A stretch of DNA of 64,000 nucleotides from Paracoccaceae bacterium (GTDB lineage Bacteria > Pseudomonadota > Alphaproteobacteria > Rhodobacterales > Rhodobacteraceae): positions 40,339 to 104,338 of the forward strand of contig JAIXZY010000077.1 of the NCBI GenBank assembly GCA_027489355.1. The letters are read 5' to 3'. The translations under genes were made by a program, and so were the position numbers. The notes below the pieces were generated by a model. The model searched no databases and was not told where the DNA came from. It saw nothing but the letters and a program-made list of their open reading frames with translations. Positions 18,213 through 27,714 of the stretch are shown here, one piece after another; positions within the stretch are counted from its first letter, which is position 1, and each line of letters starts with the position of its first letter.

Positions 18213-19019
18213 ATGATCCACTTCGCATTGAACCACATGACGGTGGCCCGGCTTTCGTTCCGCGATCTGGTCGCCCTGGCGAAGCAGCTGGGCTGCGTGG
18301 GGATCGAGGTCCGCAACGACCTGCCGCAACCCTTGTTCGACGGGATGGACCCGGCCGAGGGCGGGGCTTTTGTCCGGGACAACGGGCTGCGCCTTCTTGC
18401 GGTGGCCGAGGTCAAGCGGTTCAACGACTGGTCCTCGGACAAGGAGGCGGAGGCGCTGGCGCTGATGAAGATCGCCCACGCCGCCGGGGCCGAGGCCGTC
18501 AGCCTGATCCCGCGCAACGACAACCTTGGCATGGGCAACGGCGAGCGGCAGGCGAACCTGCGCGTCGCGCTGAAGGCGCTGAAGCCGATGCTGGAAGATC
18601 ACGGGCTGGTCGGCATGGTGGAGCCGCTGGGCTTCGAGATCTGCGCGCTGCGCTACAAGTCCGAGGCCGTGGAAGGCATCGAAGCCGTAGGCGGCACGGG
18701 CCGGTTCAAGCTGGTCCATGACACCTTCCACCACACGCTGGCCCACGGCGGGCCGCTGTTTCCGGAGCATACCGGAATCGTTCATATCTCGGGCGTTGTG
18801 GACCAGGAGGTCGGGATCAACGACATGCGCGATCCGCACCGGGTTCTGGTGACCCGGGGCGACCGGCTGGGCAATGTCGAGCAGATCGCCGCGTTGCAGG
18901 CGGCGGGCTGGAACGGGCCGGTCAGCTTCGAGGCCTTCTCGCCCGAAGTTCACCTGCTGACCGATCCCGCCTCGGCGCTGCGGGCCAGCATGGACTACAT
19001 GGCGCGGGTTCCGGCGTGA
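18213..19019 (+). CDS. Xylose-isomerase-like TIM barrel protein (IolI/inosose-isomerase-like)
   Basis: FALNHM, GIEVRNDL, MVEPLGF, HDTFHH, VHISGV, DPHRVLV, SFEAFS metal-binding pattern. Confidence 0.7.
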   Translation: MIHFALNHMTVARLSFRDLVALAKQLGCVGIEVRNDLPQPLFDGMDPAEGGAFVRDNGLRLLAVAEVKRFNDWSSDKEAEALALMKIAHAAGAEAVSLIPRNDNLGMGNGERQANLRVALKALKPMLEDHGLVGMVEPLGFEICALRYKSEAVEGIEAVGGTGRFKLVHDTFHHTLAHGGPLFPEHTGIVHISGVVDQEVGINDMRDPHRVLVTRGDRLGNVEQIAALQAAGWNGPVSFEAFSPEVHLLTDPASALRASMDYMARVPA

Positions 19020-19025
19020 GCGGCT

Positions 19026-19041
19026 TTGCAACCGGTTGCAA
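19026..19041. promoter_or_regulatory. Perfect 16-bp LacI-type operator
   Basis: TTGCAACCGGTTGCAA, just upstream of TTGACG-N17-CAGTCT (19049-19077). Confidence 0.72.
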
Positions 19042-19176
19042 GAATCGGTTGACGCAAGGTGGCCGACTGCTCAGTCTGGCGCGCACGACCCTCGCGGCCC
19101 GCAGGGGAGGCGGTGCCGCGTCCACAGAATTGAACCGCTGTAACGGACAGCGGACAATAACCGGGAGGAGTAACCC

Positions 19177-20118
19177 ATGAAGAAGATCCTTATCGTTGCA
19201 GGCTTCGCCTCGCTGATGAGCACGACCGCGATGGCGGAAGGCATCGGCGTGTCGATGGCGCTGTTCGACGACAACTTCCTGACGGTGCTGCGCAATGGCA
19301 TTCAGAAACAGGCCGACGAGCAGGGCCTGAAGGTGCAGATCGAGGACGCGCAAAACGACGTGGCCAAGCAGCTGGACCAGATCAACAACTTCATCGCCTC
19401 GGGCGTGGATGCGATCATCGTGAACCCGGTCGATACCTCGGCCACCCAGGCGATGTCGGATGCGGCCGCCGCCGCGAACATCCCGCTGGTCTATGTGAAC
19501 CGTCAGCCGATCAACGTCGACACCCTGCCCGACAACCAGGCTTTCGTCGCGTCGAACGAAGCGGAATCCGGCACGCTGGAAACCATCCAGCTCTGCGACA
19601 ACTGGGCGGCCGAGGGCAAGACCGAGGTCAACGTCTACGTGATGCAGGGCGAATTGTCGAACCAGGCCGCCGTCCAGCGCACCCAGGACATCTATGACGT
19701 GATCGAGGCCGGCAAGTGCAAGGTCAAGATCAACGTGATCGACCAGCAGACCGCAAACTGGTCGCGCGATCAGGCCCAGACCCTGATGACCAACTGGCTA
19801 TCGACCGGCACCGCCTTCGACGGCGTGATCGCCAACAACGACGAGATGGCGATCGGCGCATTCCAGGCGATGAAGGCCGCGAACATCGACATGAAGACCG
19901 TGCAGGTCGGCGGCGTCGACGCGACCCAGGACGCCTTGGCCGCGATGCAGGCGGGCGACCTGGACGTGACCGTGTTCCAGAACGCCGCGGCCCAGGGCGG
20001 CGGCGCGCTGGAAGCGGCCGTGAAGCTGTCGAAGGGCGAAGCGGTGGACCAGAAGGTCTATGTCCCGTTCGAGCTGGTGACGCCCGAAAACATCGCGAAC
20101 TACCTCGCGAAGAACTAA
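19177..20118 (+). CDS. Sugar ABC substrate-binding protein, RbsB/inositol-binding type
   Basis: GVSMALFDDNFLTVLRNG, EDAQNDVAKQLDQINNF, VYVNRQP, ANNDEMAIGA, GGVDAT. Confidence 0.88.
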   Translation: MKKILIVAGFASLMSTTAMAEGIGVSMALFDDNFLTVLRNGIQKQADEQGLKVQIEDAQNDVAKQLDQINNFIASGVDAIIVNPVDTSATQAMSDAAAAANIPLVYVNRQPINVDTLPDNQAFVASNEAESGTLETIQLCDNWAAEGKTEVNVYVMQGELSNQAAVQRTQDIYDVIEAGKCKVKINVIDQQTANWSRDQAQTLMTNWLSTGTAFDGVIANNDEMAIGAFQAMKAANIDMKTVQVGGVDATQDALAAMQAGDLDVTVFQNAAAQGGGALEAAVKLSKGEAVDQKVYVPFELVTPENIANYLAKN

Positions 20119-20135
20119 GCCCCTTCCGGGCACCT

Positions 20136-20166
20136 CGGGGCGGCTGGCAACGGTCGCCCCGTTTTT
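20136..20166 (+). terminator. Stem-loop with T-tract after the binding-protein gene
   Basis: CGGGGCGGC-TGGCAACG-GTCGCCCCG-TTTTT. Confidence 0.65.
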
Positions 20167-20228
20167 ACTGGCGTGAATGGGTCAACATCCGCCAGATTTC
20201 CTGATCGCATCTGGGGGAGGAGGGCGAC

Positions 20229-21341
20229 GTGGCAGAAGCAACGCATGGCCTTGGCGGCTTGAAGTACGACCCGGCCAAGCGCACCCGCGCGCCGGAGTGG
20301 AACGTGTTCGCCGCGCTGGTGCTGATCGTCCTGATCTTCGAGATCCTGAACCGCATGCAGGGGGGCTCGTTCCTATTCAACATGCGCGACAACGTGGACG
20401 GGCTGTTCAACCAGCAGCGGCTGGACATCATGATCCTGCAGGTCGCCATCGTGGGGATCATCGCCCTGGGGGTCACGCAGGTGATCATCATCGGCGGGAT
20501 CGACCTGTCGTCGGGATCGGTGGTGGGGGCCACCGCGATGGTGGTGATGAGCTTTGCCCAGACCGCCACGGTCAATGGCAATCCGAACCCCAAGGCGATC
20601 TTCGGCGACTGGGCGATGGACCTACCGGTGATCGTTCCAATTGCGATAGGATTGGCCTGCGGGCTTTTCGCGGGCCTCGTCAACGGGTTGCTGGTCGCCT
20701 ACACCAAGATCCCGCCCTTCATCGCCACGCTGGGCATGATGGTTTCCGCCCGTGGCGCCGCGCGCTGGTGGTCGAACGGCCAGCCGGTCAGCTTTCCGAC
20801 GGAGACTTTCGGCACCCTGTCGAACGGCGACCTCCTCGGGACGCTGACCTTCGGCCTGTTGCACTGGCCGGGGCAGAACCCCGCCGTGGTCTTCGTGGTG
20901 TTGGCGATCCTGTTCCACGTGATCATGAGCTATACGCTGTACGGCAAGCGGTCCTATGCCATCGGCTCAAACGAGGCGGCGGCGCGGATGTCGGGGATCA
21001 ACGTCGACCGCCATAAGGTGCTGGTCTACGCCATCGCCGGGGTGCTGGCGGCCGTGGCGGCGGTGCTTCTGACCTCGAAGAACCTTACCGCGCAGGCCGG
21101 CATGGGGGTGATGTACGAGTTGGACGCCATCGCCATGGCGGTGATCGGCGGGATAAGCCTGGCGGGGGGTCGCGGGTCGATCCTGGGGACGGTGCTGGGC
21201 GCGATGATCTTTTCGGTGATCATCTCGGGCTTCACCTCGATCAAGCTGGACGCCTACTACCAGGAGATGGTGAAGGGCGCGATCATCGTGGGCGCCGTGG
21301 TGCTGGACCAGTGGCGGCAACGCAAGCGGGCGCGGGGGTAA
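20229..21341 (+). CDS. Sugar ABC transporter permease
   Basis: GGIDLSSGSVV, IPPFIATLGMM, IGSNEAAARMSGINV, YELDAIAMAVIGG. Confidence 0.9.
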   Translation: MAEATHGLGGLKYDPAKRTRAPEWNVFAALVLIVLIFEILNRMQGGSFLFNMRDNVDGLFNQQRLDIMILQVAIVGIIALGVTQVIIIGGIDLSSGSVVGATAMVVMSFAQTATVNGNPNPKAIFGDWAMDLPVIVPIAIGLACGLFAGLVNGLLVAYTKIPPFIATLGMMVSARGAARWWSNGQPVSFPTETFGTLSNGDLLGTLTFGLLHWPGQNPAVVFVVLAILFHVIMSYTLYGKRSYAIGSNEAAARMSGINVDRHKVLVYAIAGVLAAVAAVLLTSKNLTAQAGMGVMYELDAIAMAVIGGISLAGGRGSILGTVLGAMIFSVIISGFTSIKLDAYYQEMVKGAIIVGAVVLDQWRQRKRARG

Positions 21342-21346
21342 GGGCC

Positions 21347-22114
21347 ATGTCGAAGATCATCCTGGAAACCCGCGGCCTGACCAAGCATTACGGCGGCGTG
21401 CATGCGCTGGAAGACGCGAACTTCATCCTGCACGAGGGCGAGCATGTCGCCGTCGTGGGGGACAACGGGGCGGGGAAGTCCACCTTCGTGCGCCAGGTGA
21501 CGGCGGTGGAACAGAGGACGGGCGGCGAGGTCATCTTCGACGGTCAGCCGGTGAGCTTCTCCGGCCCGTTGGAGGCGCGGCAGGCCGGGATCGAGACCGT
21601 GTTCCAGACGCTGGCGCTGGCCGACGACCTGGACGTGCCGTCGAACCTGTTCCTGGGGCGTGAGCTCTTCAAGTTCAAGCTGGGCCCGTTCTCCTGGCTG
21701 GACCGCAAGACGATGCGGGACCGGACGATGGAGGCCTTGAAGACGACGGCGGTGAAGATCCCCAATGTCGACAACCCGATCCGCAACATGTCGGGCGGGC
21801 AGCGGCAATGCGTCTCGATCGCGCGGACGGCGGCCTTTGCCTCGAAGCTGGTCATCATGGACGAACCCACGGCGGCGCTGGGGGTGCAGGAGACGGCTCA
21901 GGTGGAAAACATCATCCGGGGACTGAAGGACCGGGGCATCCCGATGATCCTGATCAGCCACAACTTGCGGCAGGTCTTCGATCTGGTGGACCGGATCGTC
22001 GTGTTCCGTAGGGGCCGCATCGTCGCCTCCTTGCGGAAGGACGAGACGGACGGCAATGACATCGTGAGCTACATCACCGGCGTGAAGGGCGGCAGCGACG
22101 CCGCCTACGCCTAG
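21347..22114 (+). CDS. Sugar ABC transporter ATP-binding protein (single domain)
   Basis: GDNGAGKST, MSGGQRQ, DEPTAALG, LISHN. Confidence 0.9.
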   Translation: MSKIILETRGLTKHYGGVHALEDANFILHEGEHVAVVGDNGAGKSTFVRQVTAVEQRTGGEVIFDGQPVSFSGPLEARQAGIETVFQTLALADDLDVPSNLFLGRELFKFKLGPFSWLDRKTMRDRTMEALKTTAVKIPNVDNPIRNMSGGQRQCVSIARTAAFASKLVIMDEPTAALGVQETAQVENIIRGLKDRGIPMILISHNLRQVFDLVDRIVVFRRGRIVASLRKDETDGNDIVSYITGVKGGSDAAYA

Positions 22115-22153
22115 GGTTTGAAAGCCGGGCCACGCCCGGGACAAGGAGAGACC

Positions 22154-23155
22154 ATGACGATCAGGTTCGGACTTCTGGGTGCGGGGCGCATCGGGAAGGT
22201 TCATGCGAAGGCGGTGACGGGCAACCCCGCCGCGAAACTGGTGGCGGTAAGCGATGCGATGCCGGCGGCGGCGCAGGCGATTGCCGACCAGTATGGCTGC
22301 GACGTCCGTTCGATTGATGCCATCGCGGCGGCGAAGGACATCGACGCTGTGGTGATCTGCACGCCGACGGACACCCATGCCGACCTGATCGAGCAGTTCG
22401 TGAAGGCCGGGAAGGCCGTGTTCTGCGAAAAGCCCATCGACCTGTCGCTGGCCCGCGTAAAGCAGTGCCTGGAGGTCGTCCGCGCCCACAACGGCACGCT
22501 GATGGTCGGCTTCAACCGCCGCTTCGACCCGCATTTCCAGGCGGTGCGGGGCGAGATCGACAAGGGGACCATCGGGGACGTGGAGATGGTGACGATCACG
22601 AGCCGCGACCCTGGCGCGCCTCCGCTGGATTACATCGCGCGGTCTGGCGGGATCTTCCGGGACATGACGATCCATGATTTCGACATGGCGCGGTTCCTGT
22701 TGGGCGAGGAAGTGTCCGAGGTTTCGGCGATGGCGGCTGTTCTGGTGGACCCGGCGATCGGGAAGGCCGGGGACAGCGACTCGGTCCAGGTCATGCTGAA
22801 GACGGCGTCGGGGAAGATGGCGGTGATCTCGAACTCGCGCCGGGCGACCTATGGCTATGATCAGCGGATCGAGGTGCACGGATCGAAGGGCGTGGCTTCG
22901 GCCGAGAACCAGCGGCCGGTCAGCATCGAGGTGGCGACGGGGGCGGGCTACACCCGGCCGCCGCTGCATGACTTTTTCATGACCCGCTATACCGAGGCCT
23001 ATGCGGCCGAGATCGCGGCCTTCATTGATGCGATGGCCGGCAAGGCGAAAGCTTCGCCCTCGGGGGAGGATGGGCTGCTGGCCCTGGCCCTGGCCGAGGC
23101 GGCGCTGAAGTCGGTCGCGGAAGGTCGGGTCGTGAAGATGAGTGAGGTTCTCTGA
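22154..23155 (+). CDS. iolG: Inositol 2-dehydrogenase
   Basis: GAGRIG, CEKPIDL, GFNRRFDP, ITSRDP, DMTIHDFDMAR, NSRRATYGYDQRIEV; AAGGAG RBS. Confidence 0.9.
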   Translation: MTIRFGLLGAGRIGKVHAKAVTGNPAAKLVAVSDAMPAAAQAIADQYGCDVRSIDAIAAAKDIDAVVICTPTDTHADLIEQFVKAGKAVFCEKPIDLSLARVKQCLEVVRAHNGTLMVGFNRRFDPHFQAVRGEIDKGTIGDVEMVTITSRDPGAPPLDYIARSGGIFRDMTIHDFDMARFLLGEEVSEVSAMAAVLVDPAIGKAGDSDSVQVMLKTASGKMAVISNSRRATYGYDQRIEVHGSKGVASAENQRPVSIEVATGAGYTRPPLHDFFMTRYTEAYAAEIAAFIDAMAGKAKASPSGEDGLLALALAEAALKSVAEGRVVKMSEVL

Positions 23156-23168
23156 TTTCAACGCAGGG

Positions 23169-23183
23169 TGTCCACGGTGGACA
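23169..23183. repeat. Palindrome family C, copy 1 (TGTCCACGGTGGACA)
   Basis: Identical 15-mer at 41422-41436. Confidence 0.8.
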
Positions 23184-23348
23184 AACTGCGGAATATAAAG
23201 GAAATCAGGAGCTTGGCTTTTTCCCTTCACTGAATCTTAAGAAATGGCCGACCGCGCAGGTCGGCCATTTTCGCATCCGGCAACCGCGCCATTGAGAGCG
23301 GGTCCCCGACCTGATAGAAGGCCTCAAATCCGTTTGGGAGACCCGGAA

Positions 23349-23870
23349 ATGGCAGAAGAAACCCCGGCAGGGAATGGCGCGACCGCGGCGGCCCCGCCGC
23401 AGATCAAGATGCAGGTGCTTGCCCAGTACGTGCGCGACCTGTCCTTCGAGAACGTGGTCGTCCAGAAGGGCCTGAGCGCGGGCGAGGTCCAGCCGGACAT
23501 CCAGGTCGCCGTCAGCCTAGACGCGCGCAAGCGGCCGGTGGCGAACCAGTACGAGGTGATCACCAAGTTCAAGGTCACGTCGAAGAACAAGGTCAACGGC
23601 GATGTGCTGTTCCTGCTGGAGCTGGAATACGGCGGGACCTTCCATATCGAGGGCGTGACGGACGAGCAGATTCACCCCTTCCTGCTGATCGAATGCCCGC
23701 GGCTGCTGTTCCCCTTCGTGCGGCGGATCATCTCGGACGTGACGCGCGACGGTGGCTTCCCGCCGCTGAACGTGGACACGGTGGACTTCATGGCGCTGTA
23801 CCGGCAGGAGCTGGCGCGTCGGGCGCAGGCCCAAGCGGCTTCGGCAGCCGGGACCGAGAAGGTCAACTGA
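23349..23870 (+). CDS. secB: Protein-export chaperone SecB
   Basis: QYVRDLSFEN, LIECPRLLFPFVRRII, GGFPPLNVDTVDFMALY. Confidence 0.95.
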   Translation: MAEETPAGNGATAAAPPQIKMQVLAQYVRDLSFENVVVQKGLSAGEVQPDIQVAVSLDARKRPVANQYEVITKFKVTSKNKVNGDVLFLLELEYGGTFHIEGVTDEQIHPFLLIECPRLLFPFVRRIISDVTRDGGFPPLNVDTVDFMALYRQELARRAQAQAASAAGTEKVN

Positions 23871-23879
23871 TCAAGCGCC

Positions 23880-23915
23880 GTGCGGGGTGGGGACAATTGC
23901 CGCCCCAGCCCGCAC
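23880..23915. terminator. Hairpin between convergent secB and dnaQ
   Basis: GTGCGGG-GTGGGG...CCCCA-G-CCCGCAC imperfect stem. Confidence 0.5.
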
Positions 23916-23964
23916 TCTCCGCCAAGCGGAGCGGGTGGAACGCGCAGTTCCCGGCTGACCTCCG

Positions 23965-24702
23965 TCAGAGGTCCTTCTTCCAGATTGCGGCATCGCCCAG
24001 CTTGGCCAGCATGGCAGCGTGGGCGGCGAGTTCCTCTTCGGTGATCCGGGGCGGAAGCGGTTCAGGGCGCGGGCGGGGACGCCAGGTGATGGCTTCGCCA
24101 CTGGCGCTGCGGGCCGGGGCCGGGGCGGCGGCTGCAAGGACGAGGTCGGGCTGCCGACCGCCGATCAGTTCAAGATAGACCTCGGCAAGGATTTCGCTGT
24201 CCAGAAGTGCGCCGTGCTTTTCGCGCATCGAGTTGTCGATCCCGAAACGGCGGCAGAGCGCGTCCAGCGAGGCAGGAGAGCCGGGAAACTTGGTCCGCGC
24301 GATCATCAGCGTGTCGGTCGCGCGGGTGTTGGGCAGGCCGGGCAGACCGCAGCGTTGCAGTTCGAAGTTCAGGAATTTCATGTCGAAGGCGGCGTTGTGG
24401 ATCACAAGCTGCGCGTCGCCGACAAAGTCGAGAAACGCCTGTCCGATCCGGGCGAACACCGGCTTGTCGCGCAGCGTCACGCCGCCGGGGACGGGTGGAC
24501 CGGGGATTTCCAGGATGTCGTGGCCGATGCCGTGGACCTCGAACGCCTCTTTCGGCATGCCGCGTTCGGGGTTGATGTACTGGTGGTAGGTGCGTCCGGT
24601 GGGCAGGTGGTTGTACAGCTCGACCGCGCCGATTTCGACGATGCGGTGGCCCTCGGACGGCTCGAAGCCGGTGGTTTCGGTGTCGAGGACGATTTCACGC
24701 AT
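23965..24702 (-). CDS. dnaQ: DNA polymerase III epsilon subunit
   Basis: [33 protein letters not shown]. Confidence 0.95.
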   Translation of the reverse strand: MREIVLDTETTGFEPSEGHRIVEIGAVELYNHLPTGRTYHQYINPERGMPKEAFEVHGIGHDILEIPGPPVPGGVTLRDKPVFARIGQAFLDFVGDAQLVIHNAAFDMKFLNFELQRCGLPGLPNTRATDTLMIARTKFPGSPASLDALCRRFGIDNSMREKHGALLDSEILAEVYLELIGGRQPDLVLAAAAPAPARSASGEAITWRPRPRPEPLPPRITEEELAAHAAMLAKLGDAAIWKKDL

Positions 24703-25291
24703 GTCGGGTCCGGCGAATGGAGGCGAGCGCATCTTTCACGGCCTGCCGGGCAGCTTCAAGGCTGGTCGTGGGGATGATGAAGTCGGCGCGGGCGCGTTTT
24801 TCGGCGTCGGGCATCTGGCGGGAAAGGATCGTCTGGAACTCGGCCTCGGTCATTGCGCCACGGTCAAGGACGCGTTGGCGCTGGACGTCTGCTGGGGCAG
24901 AGACGACGGCGACGGCGTCGCAGGCGGCGTCGAGGCCGATCTCATAGAGGAGGGGGACGTCGAGAAGGAGGATGTCAGCGGTCTTGTGGCTTTCGATAAA
25001 GTCGGCGCGATCTGCGGCCACAAGCGGGTGCACGGCGGCGTTCAGGCGGTCGAGGACGGTCTTGTCGTCCTGAATCAGCGCGCGCAGGGTGGCGCGGTTG
25101 ACGCTGCCGTCCGGGTTTATGGCATCAGTGAAAAGGCTTTTCACCGCAAGTGCGGCAGGCTGGCCGGGCTGGTACAAGCGGTGGACGGCGGCATCGGCAT
25201 CCCAGACGGGGAGGCCTTCCTCGGCGAACATCCGGGCCGTGGTGGATTTGCCCATTCCGATAGAGCCGGTGAGGCCAAGGATGAATGTCAT
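24695..25291 (-). CDS. coaE: Dephospho-CoA kinase
   Basis: [36 protein letters not shown]. Confidence 0.95.
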   Translation of the reverse strand: MTFILGLTGSIGMGKSTTARMFAEEGLPVWDADAAVHRLYQPGQPAALAVKSLFTDAINPDGSVNRATLRALIQDDKTVLDRLNAAVHPLVAADRADFIESHKTADILLLDVPLLYEIGLDAACDAVAVVSAPADVQRQRVLDRGAMTEAEFQTILSRQMPDAEKRARADFIIPTTSLEAARQAVKDALASIRRTRHA

Positions 25292-26127
25292 GCGAAGAGG
25301 ACAGCCTTGCGGGTGGCCTCGTCGACCTCGGGGCGAAGGCCGAACCAGCGTTCAAAGCCGGGAGCTGCCTGGTGGAGGAGCATGCCGAGGCCATCGACCA
25401 CGGTGCAGCCGCGGGCCTCGGCCTCGATCAGGAACTGGGTCTTGAGCGGGGTGTAGACGAGGTCGTTGCAGACGGCATGGGGGTTGATCCGGTCGAGCGG
25501 AATGCGGAAATCCGCCTTGCCGGTCATGCCGAGCGAGGTGGTGTTGATGACGGTGGCGGCGTCGTCCATGAGGTTGCCAGCCTGGACCCATTCGTGGACG
25601 TGGACCTTGGCGCCGAAGTCCGAGCGCAGGGCGTCGGCGCGGGGGCGGGTGCGGTTGGCAAGGCGGATTTCGGGAACGCCGACCTCGATCAGCGCGGCGA
25701 CGACGGCGCGGGCGGCACCGCCTGCCCCCAGCACCACGGCGGGACCGGAAGCGGGTTTCCAGTCGGGTGCGTTCTGGCGAAGATTGGCGATGAACCCGGA
25801 GCCGTCGGTGTTGTCGGCGTGGATCTTGCCGTCCTTGCGGAAGATCAGGGTGTTGGCTGCCCCGATCAGCGCGGCGCGGTCGGTCACGATGTCGGCGATC
25901 TGAAGGATCGCCTCCTTGTGCGGGATGGTGACGTTGCAGCCGACGAAGCCAAGCGCGGGAAGGGTGCGGATCAGGCGGGGCAGGTCGACGGGGGCAATGT
26001 CGATCGGGATGTAATGGCCGGGGATGCCGTAACGCTTGAGCCAGTAGCCGTGCAGCGCGGGGCTGCGGCTGTGGGCGATCGGGTGGCCGAGAACGGCGGC
26101 AAGCGGGATACGGGGATGGTCGGTCAT
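25288..26127 (-). CDS. aroE: Shikimate dehydrogenase
   Basis: [41 protein letters not shown]. Confidence 0.95.
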   Translation of the reverse strand: MTDHPRIPLAAVLGHPIAHSRSPALHGYWLKRYGIPGHYIPIDIAPVDLPRLIRTLPALGFVGCNVTIPHKEAILQIADIVTDRAALIGAANTLIFRKDGKIHADNTDGSGFIANLRQNAPDWKPASGPAVVLGAGGAARAVVAALIEVGVPEIRLANRTRPRADALRSDFGAKVHVHEWVQAGNLMDDAATVINTTSLGMTGKADFRIPLDRINPHAVCNDLVYTPLKTQFLIEAEARGCTVVDGLGMLLHQAAPGFERWFGLRPEVDEATRKAVLFA

Positions 26128-26717
26128 GTGGGGATCATGCCCCGGTTGCGCGCCCAAGCCAACAGGGGCAAGAGCGGTAGGCCGAGAATGGTAAAGTGGT
26201 CGCCGGTGATGTTTGTGAACAGTCGTACGCCTTCCTCTTCCACCTTGTAGCCGCCGACCGAATGGCGGATCGACTCCCAGTTTCGCTGGACGTAATCGTC
26301 CAGGTAGCTGTCAGACACGTCGTACATCGTCAGCCGCGCTTCGCTGACGTGGCGCCAGACGGGCTGGGCGTTGTCATAGACCACGGCGGCTGAGAGGAGT
26401 TTGTGGGTTTTGCCTCTGAGCTGGCGCAGCTGGGCGCGGGCGTCGTCGGGGGTTTCGGGTTTCGCGAAGGTCTGGCGGTCAAGCGCAAGGACCTGGTCGC
26501 AGCCGAGGACGAGGGAGGCGGGGTGTCTCTCGGCCACCTTGCGGGCCTTCATCTCGGCCAGGGCGTCGGCAATGTCGCGGGGGCTTGCGCCCTCGGCCAC
26601 CAGGGCGTCGCGGATCGTCGCTTCGTCGACGCGGGGGGCGACGGGGGTGGGGTCCAGGCCCGCGGCGCGGAGCATCGAAAGCCGGGTGGGCGAGGTGGAG
26701 GCGAGGATCAGGTCCAT
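26124..26717 (-). CDS. maf: Maf-family nucleoside triphosphate pyrophosphatase
   Basis: [35 protein letters not shown]. Confidence 0.92.
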   Translation of the reverse strand: MDLILASTSPTRLSMLRAAGLDPTPVAPRVDEATIRDALVAEGASPRDIADALAEMKARKVAERHPASLVLGCDQVLALDRQTFAKPETPDDARAQLRQLRGKTHKLLSAAVVYDNAQPVWRHVSEARLTMYDVSDSYLDDYVQRNWESIRHSVGGYKVEEEGVRLFTNITGDHFTILGLPLLPLLAWARNRGMIPT

Positions 26718-27131
26718 GAGGCTTGTGGATATCCGCGGTTTGTTCCTGGGGCCGCGCTGGGGGACAGAGCGGCTGTCTGGCGTGGTCTGTGGGTCAGTCG
26801 GGCCGTCCCGGCGCGCCCGGACAGAGATATCCCGCTGTGCAAGGACTTGTCACGCGGGACGGGAGAATTGCTTGTCCCGGGGCTGTGATTGCCATGCGCC
26901 TGTGGATTGCTTGGGCCGTTAATCTTTGTCAATACGCTGATTTTGCTTCGCTTTTAGAAATTCTTGGCAGGGCGCAGTCAGTTTTCCCAAGTTTATCCCC
27001 AACGCCCTCCTTGTGGACGGTTCTGGGGGCGGAGCGGGAAATCCCGTCGTCCACAGGGCCTACATCATCCACATTCCTTCTTTTCTTTATTCTTTATAGA
27101 AGAAGGGGCGCAGCCGGCCGAAGGTGGGACC
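26718..27131. other. oriC-like intergenic region (DnaA-box cluster plus AT-rich tract)
   Basis: Box-like 9-mers: TGTGGATAT 26724, TGTGGATTG 26901, TTATCCCCA 26993, TGTGGACGG 27012, TCGTCCACA 27047, TCATCCACA 27065; T-rich tract about 27074-27097; flanked by maf and hemJ-rho-mnmEG-parAB. Caveat: no skew switch in spot counts. Confidence 0.58.
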
Positions 27132-27593
27132 ATGCTTGAGACGATCACGGATTTCCTGGCCGACTGGTACCTGGTGACGAAGGCGCTGCACATCGTCTCG
27201 GTGATCTCGTGGATGGCCGGGATCTTCTACCTGCCGCGGCTTTTCGTCTACCATGTGGAGCAGGTCGAGGCCGGGTCGCCCACCGACGCGATGTTCCAGG
27301 TGATGGAGCGGCGGCTGCTGCGCGGAATCATGAACCCGGCGATGACGGCGACCTGGGTGTTCGGGCTTGCGCTGGTATTTACGCCGGGGGTGGTGGACTG
27401 GTCCTTTGCCTGGCCCTGGATCAAGGCGGCCTGCGTGCTGGTGATGACCTGGTTCCACCATTGGCTCGGCTACCGGCGGAAAGAGTTCCTGGCCGGGACC
27501 AACACGCGTTCGGGCCGGACCTACCGGATGATGAACGAGGTTCCGACGCTGCTGATGCTGGTCATCGTCTTCTCGGTCATCCTGCGCTACTGA
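27132..27593 (+). CDS. hemJ: Protoporphyrinogen oxidase HemJ (CopD-like)
   Basis: KALHIVSVISWMAGIFYLPRLFVYH, MERRLLRGIMNPAM, RMMNEVPT. Confidence 0.92.
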   Translation: MLETITDFLADWYLVTKALHIVSVISWMAGIFYLPRLFVYHVEQVEAGSPTDAMFQVMERRLLRGIMNPAMTATWVFGLALVFTPGVVDWSFAWPWIKAACVLVMTWFHHWLGYRRKEFLAGTNTRSGRTYRMMNEVPTLLMLVIVFSVILRY

Positions 27594-27714
27594 TTGACTT
27601 TAGGGCCATCCCGCATTAGGTGCGGCCTTGCAGGGCCGTCCGGTCCATCGCATCTCCCGTTGCACATCCGTCGAGACCCCCCGTGACCGGGCGTGGTCCG
27701 CCCAAAGGTATTCC

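Noticed and set aside
26915-26935. CtrA site in the oriC-like region, and TTAAC half-sites at 45636 and 45739
   Set aside because: None has the second TTAA at the 7-bp spacing
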